A stretch of DNA of 36,591 bases. It comes from Octopus bimaculoides. Its lineage: Eukaryota. The stretch is from contig NC_068993.1 in the NCBI RefSeq assembly GCF_001194135.2, positions 27,219,966 through 27,256,556 on the forward strand, in the 5' to 3' direction. This document shows, piece after piece, positions 11,800 to 21,814 of the stretch. Positions within the stretch are counted from its first letter, which is position 1. Each line of letters begins with the position of its first letter. The notes under the pieces are model-generated. The model did no database searches, had not been told where the DNA came from, and saw nothing but the letters and a program-made list of their open reading frames with translations. The translations under genes and the position numbers were made by a program.

Positions 11800-12796
11800 G
11801 AACACAACCGACATCTACCACAAACCTACAGACTCACAATACCTCCTCTTCAGCTCATGCCACCCAAAACACACCAAGATAAATATATCCTTCAATTTAG
11901 CGAAAAGAATTTGCACCATTGTCTCTGAACCAACCACTCAAGAAATATGCCTATAAGACCTAAAAAAAAAACACTATTACAATGCCAATATCCCTCCACA
12001 CTCATAGACTTTGGAATAAAACGCGCCAAGGAACTTGACAAAAACACACTGAAAACTACCCAACACAGTAACACACCCAACCCCAAAATACTTCCATACA
12101 TTTCCACCCACAACCCCCAAAATATCGAAGCATACACCACAATCAAACAAAACCTCCCCTTATTGACCACAGACCCGAAAATGAATAATATTATCAATAC
12201 ACACAAAGTCCTTAAATGCAAAAGGCAACACAAATCTTTGAAAAAACTCTTAACTAATACCAAACTACACACACCACTTCACCCCCCCCCCATCAGTCAA
12301 AAAATGTGCACGCCCTAACTGTGGTACCTGGCCCTACCTACTTGAAGGCTCTGAATTTACCTTCAAACAAGGAACAAGGTTTAAAATCAAGGCCAACTTC
12401 TCTTGCTCCTCCGGGAACCTCATTTACGTCCTCACATGCGCAGGTTGCCAACACAACTATATCGGACAGACGAGCCTCCCTTTGCGTAAAAGAGTAGCAG
12501 TCCATAAAGAAGAAATAAATCTTCCACAACACTGCCAAATTCCACTCAGTGGCCACATAGACTCTCGCGCCAGAAATAAAAAATTCTAAATTCCTTATAT
12601 TCCCTTTCTATCAATGTAAAGATAGAATCTCTACACAAGAAAGAATCAACAAGGAGAATTCTTTTATAGAAAAATTTCAAACGCTTCTTAACATATTCCC
12701 TTCTCTCGCCTACCCATTGAAATACATATAAATTTACTTCTTGTTTCTCTAAGAACAGACATAAACTTCCTGTATAAAAAGATCTCCATAGCCCCA
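11800..12796 (+). mobile_element. Penelope-like element: RT C-terminus, linker and GIY-YIG endonuclease
   Basis: TTDIYHKPTDSQ.YLLFSSCHPKHTKINISFNLAKRICTIVS, LPYISTHNP, then NFSCSSGNLIYVLTCAGCQHNYIGQTSLPLRKRVAVHKEEI (GIY-YIG, ~12395-12520; no ATG, so absent from the ORF track). Confidence 0.92.
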
Positions 12797-13454
12797 NNNN
12801 NNNNNNNNNNNNNNNNNNNNNNNNNNNNNNNNNNNNNNNNNNNNNNNNNNNNNNNNNNNNNNNNNNNNNNNNNNNNNNNNNNNNNNNNNNNNNNNNNNNN
12901 NNNNNNNNNNNNNNNNNNNNNNNNNNNNNNNNNNNNNNNNNNNNNNNNNNNNNNNNNNNNNNNNNNNNNNNNNNNNNNNNNNNNNNNNNNNNNNNNNNNN
13001 NNNNNNNNNNNNNNNNNNNNNNNNNNNNNNNNNNNNNNNNNNNNNNNNNNNNNNNNNNNNNNNNNNNNNNNNNNNNNNNNNNNNNNNNNNNNNNNNNNNN
13101 NNNNNNNNNNNNNNNNNNNNNNNNNNNNNNNNNNNNNNNNNNNNNNNNNNNNNNNNNNNNNNNNNNNNNNNNNNNNNNNNNNNNNNNNNNNNNNNNNNNN
13201 NNNNNNNNNNNNNNNNNNNNNNNNNNNNNNNNNNNNNNNNNNNNNNNNNNNNNNNNNNNNNNNNNNNNNNNNNNNNNNNNNNNNNNNNNNNNNNNNNNNN
13301 NNNNNNNNNNNNNNNNNNNNNNNNNNNNNNNNNNNNNNNNNNNNNNNNNNNNNNNNNNNNNNNNNNNNNNNNNNNNNNNNNNNNNNNNNNNNNNNNNNNN
13401 NNNNNNNNNNNNNNNNNNNNNNNNNNNNNNNNNNNNNNNNNNNNNNNNNNNNNN

Positions 13455-13646
13455 ATAAACATATATATATATATAAACACACACACACACATATATAAAC
13501 ACACACACACACACACACATATATAAACACACACACACACACATATATAAACACGCACACACACACACACATATATAAACACGCACACACACACACATAT
13601 ATAAACACACACACACACACACATATATAAACACACACATATATAA

Positions 13647-13692
<46 letters not shown>
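13455..13692. repeat. Compound minisatellite [(AC)n ATATATAA]n ending in (AT)n
   Basis: About nine units with a variable AC count and a constant atatataaac punctuation. Confidence 0.92.
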
Positions 13693-13779
13693 ACAAGGGC
13701 AATTACAAAAGATTCATGGAAAAAATGTATATCAGTTAAAATCAATAAATGTGAATCGGTTAAAAAGTTCTATAAAATA

Positions 13780-15000
13780 ATATATTTGTTTGTTTTGTAG
13801 TAAAACCAGTTTATATTTCACAAATGTTATACTATTCTAAGCACATATATGCTCCTATTATCGTCCTCACAAGATATTGGGCACCTAGCACTTACTAACT
13901 ATTATTCTTGTTTCTGCCTTTTTAAGTGAACCACTCCAGTTTCCATAATTCTCTGAACATAGCAGACGAATTTTCACAGAATCCTAGATGCAGAATCTGT
14001 GTTTTTGTGGAGGACTCGAGGTGCAATAATTTTAACAACTATAAACAACCAGAGGATATTGATATATTTTATATTATCAGACGGGGTGCCACAATTGACA
14101 TATTAACTAAAAAAAAAACAAGTAATATTCTCAATTCTTTGCCTGTCCATAAACAATTATTCATTAAGATCGCAGCAGGTATTAATGATATTCTGACTAA
14201 AAATCCATCTGTGTTGCGTTTATCGTCCTTCACAACTAAGAATATTGTTCATAAATTGAAAAATTACAATTTAACTGTTAAATCTGCCAACCCATCAATA
14301 GTTGTTGGATTTGTCACCGATCCCATGGCCAACTTATGGCACATTAATGAAAATTCAGTGGGTTGGTTCGAGTGTCTCTGGCTCTGGTATAGTTGCAAGT
14401 TCTTGGTTCCAATGGGTCATGAATAAAACAGTGGAAAGAAATACAAGAAAACAAGTTGCAATTAACATAACATTTTATTCAACCGCTAACTGAATTTGTA
14501 CAGCAACTGGTTGGTTTACATCATGATGTTACTGTCCGAAGAAAATATACAAATTTACTTCTCAAATCAGTTGGAAACTTGGTGATGCGTGCTTGGCAGA
14601 GAGGAACAGAAATACATGACATTACTCCTTGCCGTTTCTCGTGCTCATATTCTCTGCTTATAGGTGCATGGTAAACAGGAACACACGTAGTGCGTCAAAG
14701 CTACCTGTAAAACAACTCTCCTAACCTGGAGCAAATTCCTTTTATTTGCAGATGCCGTAAGACTCCAGTGATCAAACATAATTTTGCCGCGCTTGGTTGG
14801 TGTCACGGGATTCGATAGGACAACTAACGTATCTAACCTCAACAACGGACTTGGTCAAAGTGTTAAACTAGGTCACGTGATCATTCGTATAAAACCTGCG
14901 TATGAGCCATTTTCTGACTATTTAAGCTACACTTGCTACAGCACTCTTATCAAATCTGGTGTTTTTAAAACAGCTGATCTTGAACAGCAAAGGTTAGGCA
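13780..15000 (-). mobile_element. Possible heavily decayed piggyBac-type transposase relic
   Basis: Only by stitching minus frames: VVLRL..KIMFDHW (cf. FDNW/F catalytic Asp), LRHLQIKGICS..VRR (cf. GTVR), NVMLIATCF, NNY..GLADLT (cf. YN..MGGVD), and Cys spacing near 13850. No TTAA-CC termini found. Confidence 0.35.
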
Positions 15001-15345
15001 GTTTATTATATGCCTTAAATAAAATTATTAGAAATTTAAATTCTACATCATTGGGTTCATGGACAGTTTCCTGGCACCAGTGTATTGCCAAAGACCATAA
15101 AAAAGAGAGGGGGAAGAAAGGTGCACCGTTGAGACATCACATAAGATATATGTTTAACAAGTTATATGACAGTTTGCATGCCATGTCTGACACCACTATC
15201 ACGCAGCTTTGCTGCGATTTTCTTTAGATTTACTTTGATATAAATTTCGGGCGAAGGTAAAGAATACGCACACCCAGCGGTTAGGGTTACACCGAAAACG
15301 GGTGGTGTTCGTATTTTTCACCCCCTCCTAAATCTCGATGGTAGC

Positions 15346-16363
15346 AGGTCAGATAATCGTTACGAAATATAACAGTGAAAATGTAACCATTACGACAAAA
15401 AATATCCGACTGTATTCAAAATCAGGGAAATTTTTTTTTTTTAATAACATACGACTTTAACAGCCTACAAAATAAACATTGCACATTCATACGCCGCTCG
15501 GTACAAAGCGATAGGGAATAAACAACATTAGCAATACCGCTATAGGAAAGTTGGTTATACATCATTAGATGTATACCTGACTTTCCTATATAAAATTATG
15601 AAATATAAACGGAACGCTGAACCCCAGACTATCAACTTAAACAACATTTATTCAGGTGGTAAATATATACATCTTTAGCTCTTGTTGACAGTTGTTACAG
15701 CTTCTGTGTGTGTGAGCATAGTTGTTGGGACGTTGTTATGTAGATGTAAGCGAGCTGTCGAGTGTAAGTCCGAAAGATGGAGAGTGACAGCTAAACACGT
15801 CCATGCTCTATTGCTGGCCAGCAAGAAAGAGACTGTCTCCAGAGTTGGAATGTTGGAGACACTGCTTGACACGTCCATGCTCATGGCCGGCCGACCGAGA
15901 AAGAGAGTGAATTGAGCGGGAAAGCTTGGTTGTTTAATTCCACGCATGCGTGAGACTACGCATGCGCACGGCGTTACTACACCGCGATTACATTTTTTGA
16001 ATTCTGGAGGCCCAATTTAACTCAATTTAGTACAAATTCTGGTAGAAATATGTTTGCTTACCTACTAAATTGTCCATTTCTTGAAATTCTGGATCAAAAT
16101 GGATATTTGAATACTTGAATTTGCCGAGTGAGAATCCATCAGTTTGCCAAGTTGTGTCAGTTAATCGTATACAAAAAGCGTCAGTATACCACCCTCTTTT
16201 TTCACTTTGCGCCTTTTCGCCATACCGTGACCAGAAACGACAATGTCTATGATGATTTACCAGAATTTTTTTTTTATTGTATCTTGAAGAAATTATGTTC
16301 TTTTCTAACTGAAAATTTACGATAAAATTTTCACTTTTATATTTCGTAACGATCGTCTGACCT
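15346..16363. mobile_element. ~1-kb non-coding element bounded by a 37-bp inverted repeat (MITE-like)
   Basis: aggtcagataatcgttacgaaatataacagtgaaaat (15346-15382) vs the reverse complement of 16327-16363: 34/37 identical. Confidence 0.6.
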
Positions 16364-16929
16364 ACTCTCATTGTGTTTTATATTAAAATAAAGCTAAAGC
16401 ATTTTTCTACATGAGTATATAATTTTTAACAAAACTTCAGATATGGCGCTCGAGTGCATTGAACTAGAACGAGGGCTATCGTTCAACAGAGAGAGAAAAA
16501 CGAGACAAACTTTGAAAATGCGAAAATACCAGGGTGTTTGAGGAACCCTAACATATGTAACTGTCGAGTTTTAATTAAAACTATATAAGAAGAAAGTTCA
16601 CATCCAAAGTTTTCAAATGATATATAATTTTCCATGGAATTTTGCATATAATTTTCGTGCTCAAATTGGTTGTCTCCATTGTACAGCACCATATTGTGAT
16701 AACTACTTCGACAAATATGGCAGTTGGAACTCTCCACTTGCAATAAGATAACATCCCACAATGCATTTTTCAGTACTAGTATTGATATCAACGCGTGAGA
16801 TACTTGGACTGTCTGTATAGACATTAAAACCCACAAAATCCTGACATCAACTGGTAACTTCTATAGAAAGAGTGATATTGACAGGTAGAGGGTTCAGATC
16901 AGTGCAGACACCCTTTTAATGTCGTAGTG

Positions 16930-17865
16930 TCTCTCTTAGGCAGTACCTGCTAAACAGCAGCAGCAAAAATAGATACATAGACCTAGTCCTAAACAGTGAG
17001 GAGAACAACCTACAGCATGTTGGAAGTAAGCCCTTCAGGAAGCACTCTCTTCCTGACGACCTCCCATACAATCCCAAAACAACTGAACTAACATACCTCA
17101 AAGGAGCCTATACATAAATGTTTCCCGAAGACTGGAAATAACAGTAATATCAACATGGAAAACAGACTTTCTTGGATTTGTGACTGATACATCACTTCAT
17201 ACATGAAAGGTTATGCATTTGCAATCCAAGATCAGGAGATTGCTACAAAATACCTAATAAACTAAAGAGACAGTGAAGCCCTTTGTGTCCTAAGATGCAA
17301 CTGAAACTGTCGATTATGTCACATTTCTGTGATCAGAAGCTGCCCAAAACTGTTATCAATGTGCTACCTCCAAATGTGACATGATGTTGTTATTAAAACA
17401 ATATACAATACCATTCAGAAAAAAGACTGTTCCAAGATAAATATAGGGAACAGAAACATCAACACAAAGAATATTGGAGGAACATTCCCAACAAAACTTC
17501 TACCAAGTGCAAACATGATAGGCTGGATATCCTTGTCTAGGATAGACAAGAAAAAGTGTCTACTGTCATAGAGGCCAGCTGCCTTACTAATGTGAATATC
17601 TCTTTGAAATTAAAAAGAAAGAAAATAACCATGGATAACCACTTCAAAACTTTCAGCTTCTATACCCAAATTATAAATTCACTTTTACATCGATAATAAT
17701 TGAGGCATGTGGTTTTGTGAGTAAATGCTAAGTGACATTCTGGAAAAGCTAGTGTTTTCAGAAAAAGAAATCAACCAATCAACACACAAATTACAAATAC
17801 AATCTCTAAGCAAAACAGTAAAACTGTGCAAGATTTTCTCACGTGTGAAATGCGAATTTGTTTTT
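16930..17865 (+). mobile_element. R4/Dong-clade LINE 3' part: zinc knuckle and restriction-like endonuclease
   Basis: GYAFAIQDQEIATKYL, RSCPKL, KCKHDRLDILV*DRQEK (PD-(D/E)xK relic), FQLLYPNYKF, LEKLVFSEKEINQ..KLQIQSLSKTVKLCKIF; (GGAT/GAAC)n tail near 17965-18000. Confidence 0.82.
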
Positions 17866-18170
17866 GTTATCCACATTTTAGTGACTGAGCATTGTATTTT
17901 TGTTAGAAGCTAATTGCTTCCTTACTAAAGATTTCAAATAATTAAAAACGAAACAAAACAATGCATACGAATGGACGGATGGATGAACGAACGAACGAAG
18001 TCGCATATTAGACATGGGAAACTATTTATCGAAAATACGATGAATACTATCTCCAATTTTGAAGCCACAACTATCAGCCCTATTAAGTAACAGGTTAATT
18101 TTCAGATGAATTAACTGAGGGAACCTTTTATTCATGATCGCAGTGATTTTTGACTGAAACTTGAATTTAC

Positions 18171-18272
18171 CATGCAGAGAGTTACTACAGACAACATGGC
18201 TGGACACATCAACAACAACGCAGCCGAGGAATAGAACGAAAACAGCTCAATAGGTAAACAAATTCTTTCTAG
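18171..18272 (-). CDS. Candidate 102-bp phase-0 exon encoding a hydrophobic segment (LERICLPIELFSFYSSAALLLMCPAMLSVVTLCM)
   Basis: Acceptor ttttcttttacaactgcag, donor ATG|gtaaat, length a multiple of 3, one open frame. No recognised homology. Confidence 0.25.
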
Positions 18273-18364
18273 CTGCAGTTGTAAAAGAAAACGTAATTAC
18301 AAAACTCGGATCTATTCAGTTTCGAGCACAGATTTTAAAATTATTTTTTTTAATTAAACAGTTT

Positions 18365-18512
18365 GAAACTTCGTATACTGGTGTAATTTCTCACACTGAA
18401 TACGGTTCACTTTCAACATTTTTGACAAAATTTCGTATTTTAGAAGTTTTTTCGTGTTAAAGTTGTCGTATTTGGGTAATTTTAACCAATCAACAACGTG
18501 TATTCAGCTGAA
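18365..18512 (+). repeat. Unclassified dispersed repeat, copy B
   Basis: See 4275-4415. Confidence 0.75.
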
Positions 18513-18727
18513 AAAGTTACTGTTGTTTGCGATAGTAATCGAAGTGGAACAACTTCCGGGTCATCTCTACTAAATGTCACCACTCAATTCTATTTTGTGC
18601 TTGTTTACTGTCTGTGTTGCATATTGCACGCTTTGTTTCTTTTTTTTTTTTTTTTGGTTCTCGCGTCGGAGTAACCAGAAAACATCGAAGAATCAACACG
18701 AAGAAGGAGGAAATATTATTTACATAT

Positions 18728-21700
18728 TGTGGTGTTATGAGCCAGGCTGTGTTGTAGGGAAGGATCGCAAGTGATGAGTTGGCATGTCCTGTCGGAAATG
18801 GGGCCTAAGAATCCCACCAGAAGTGCTGCGGTGGACATGCGGCAATCAGTGAAGCACAAGAATCAGTTGGCGGCGAACAGCACATCAGAGCGGACATGTG
18901 AGACGGTAGAGCAACGGATAGCGCACGTGGACGTGGAATGAACCTTGGAGATCGTGACAGCATGTAAATGTTGAAAGAAAGAGTAGTTGGGAGCTGCGAC
19001 AGGTGCCAGTCCATTGATCCCGCTCCGGGTGTGCATCAGGCAGGAAGCATTCCGGTGGAACACAACTGGAAACGATTGGCAGTGGACGTGACGCACTACC
19101 GACAGGGGACATACCTCTCGATGGTCGACTGCAGACTGGGGCGGTTGGCCATATGGAGGGAAATGAAGACGGGGACCGGGGAGGAAATCACAAGAATACT
19201 GAATAAGGTATTCCTAGAACGAGGCCCTGTGGATGAGCTGCTTGTGGACAATGGCACTGTGTTTCGCTTGGAGGTGCTGGGGGAAATGTTCGACAAGTGG
19301 CATATCAGCCGTTTCTTCAGGGTGGCATACAAGCCGAATGGCAATAGGGTTGTGGAGAGGCATCATCGTACCGTCAAGACCATAGCAGAGAGTGGCCACA
19401 TCTCACCGGTCGAAGCCGTTTTTTGGTATAATATGTCGGCCAGGACGGGACAGGAGAGTGGTGAGAGCTGCAAAGAAAAATATGCCGCACACACCGTCAC
19501 AGACAAAGATTTTCGAGCTGTGTTCGATGGCCGTCAGTGGACAGTGGAATGGCACTGGAAGGGAGATCCTCCGACATTGAAGAATGCAGTAGGCTGCTAT
19601 CAGCATACCCTGAAAGGGGATGCCAGAAGCGAGTTCAAAGGAGATGTGGACCAGTGGATCAAGGAAGGTGCTCTGATTCCTTGGAAGGAGGAAATGAAGA
19701 CTGGAGAGCTACTGTTGAGTGCTACCGACGAAACATAAAGTAAGGCCAGTATTGGATTTCCGGGAGCTGAACGACCACGTATTCTGCCATACAGGCGGTG
19801 AAGCTATGGACATTTGTAGCGAAACCTTGAGAGAGTGGAGGCAAATGACGGGGTCTCCACTATCGTCGACTTGAAGTCGGTATACCTGCAGCTGCATGTG
19901 GCTGAGAGACTGTGGAAATATCAGCTGGTAAGGTATAAGGGCCGGACGTACTGCCTGACCAGATTGGGATTCAGGCTGAATTCAGCACCTAAGATTATGG
20001 CGACAATTCTCAAGACCATCCTGGGAAAAGCCGACAAAGTGAAAAGAGCCACCAATTCCTATATGACATTCTGGTGGATGAAAGCATAGTGTCGGTAAAG
20101 GAAGTCATAAACTACCTGAAGAGTTTTGGGCTAACAGCCAAACCACCAGAGGCAATGGAAGGAGGAGCTGCCCTTAGACTCAAGCTACAGAGAGACAAGG
20201 CCAGCGTGTTGGTGTTTCGGAGAGTGAATGAGATCCCAGAACTGGGCTCAAAGACGAGCAGGTGGGAACTGTTTTCTGTGTGTAGGAAGTTGCTGGGACA
20301 CTACCCGATTGCAGGATGGCGCCGGACGGCATGCAGCTTCATCAAGAGGCGAGCTAAAGGAGTGAGGTGGAGTGATAACGTGGACGAGAAGACAACCGCC
20401 ATGATGCAAGACGTCTTGGAGAGGGTGACTGCGGAAGGCCCAGTAAAAGGGAACTGGTATGTGCCGAAATTGAAGAAGGGGGTCGTGTGGTGTGATGCCA
20501 GCAGCATAGCGACAGGAGTTGTCCTGGAAATTGAAGGTGTCATGGTGGAGGAAGCGGACGTCCTGATCAGAGTAAAGAAAGCCTGGTTGCAGGTGCCAGA
20601 GGATCTGGAGCAAGGAGTGGCTGTGGTGTGTCGACTGAGTGACTCGGAGCTGAGGACCCTGTTTCTAGCCAGAAAGTTAACTCTGACGTGACCAGGCAGA
20701 GTGTGCAAAGAGTACTTGGGAGCTGCAATGGCACTGCATTTCGCTCAGAGGTGCTGGGGGAAATGCTCGACAAGTGGCATATCAGCCGTTTCTTCAAGGC
20801 GGCATACCGGCCAAGTGGCAATGGGGTTGTGGAGAGGCGTCATCGTACCATCAAGATCATAGCACCGGTCGGAACCCATTTTTTGGTATAATATGTCGCC
20901 CAAGACAGGACAGGCAGAGGAGGCAGTGCCACACATGGCAATATTCAAGTACAAGAGGAGGCATCCATGTACTGCATCACCACGTGCTGCAGAAGAGAAG
21001 GAGCATGCCTTTGTACAGGTCGGAGAAGAAGTCTGGGTTAAGCCCCCAAATGCACGGTGTACATCACAGTGGAAAAGGGGGACAATAACCTCTCTGAATT
21101 CGAGGAACAATGTATCCATAGATGGCATGCCACGACATGTTTTGGATGTGTGCAGGGTCATCACTGCGACAAAGATCGTGATAGCACATGGATGTTGAAA
21201 GAAAGAGTAGTTGGGAGCTGCGACAGGTGCCAGTCCATTGACCCCGCTCCAGGTGTGCATCAGGCAGGAAGCATTCCGGTGGAACACAACTGGAAACGAT
21301 GGCAGTGGACGTGACGCACTACCGACAGGGGACATACCTCTCGATGGTCGACTGTGGACTGGGACGGTTGGCCATATGGAGAGAGATGAAGACGGGGGCC
21401 AACAGTAATGGACAAGAGGACGAAGCTGGCAGGAACATGCCAGGAACTGAGGCCATTCCTGAAGTCTCATGGCGGTCAGAGAGGGAGCAGTGCCTTCCTT
21501 GCTGGTTGGCTGATTACGAGACAAGATAAGGCATGTGGTCGGTGTTGAGAAGAGGGCGTGGGAAGGTTGGCTGAATGATCTTCAGATCAGGGGGCATGTG
21601 GTGTTATGAGCCAAGCTGTGTTGTAGGGAAGGATTGGAAGTGAGGGAGTAGGCATGTCCTGTCGGAATCGGGGCCTGTGGATCCTACCGGAAGTGCCGTG

Positions 21701-21781
21701 GTGGACATGCAACATTCAGTGAAGCACGAAGGTCAGTCGGCGGCGAACAGCACATCAGAGCAGACGTGTGAGATGGTAGAG
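18728..21781 (+). mobile_element. Rearranged Ty3/Gypsy-like LTR retrotransposon (LTR - IN piece - RT - RH - deleted IN - IN piece - PPT - truncated LTR); no gag
   Basis: LTRs 18728-18959 (tgt...aca) and 21597-21781 after PPT agggggca; RT motifs RPVLDFRELN, VDLKSVYLQLHV, LGFRLNSAPKIM; RH WCDASSIATGVVLEI; IN CDRCQSIDP, WKRLAVDVTHY, DNGTVF, YKPNGNRVVERHH. Confidence 0.92.
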
Positions 21782-21814
21782 ATTTAGCAGTAATTGTAGT
21801 GGCAGTGAGGAACC

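Noticed and set aside
16483-16836. 117-aa minus ORF and neighbouring frames
   Set aside because: No recognisable domain in any frame and no convincing splice signals; left unannotated.
18968-19738. 256-aa ORF as a novel integrase-RT fusion protein
   Set aside because: It is an in-frame by-product of the rearrangement junction at ~19455; the catalytic regions are incomplete or mutated and there is no evidence of expression.
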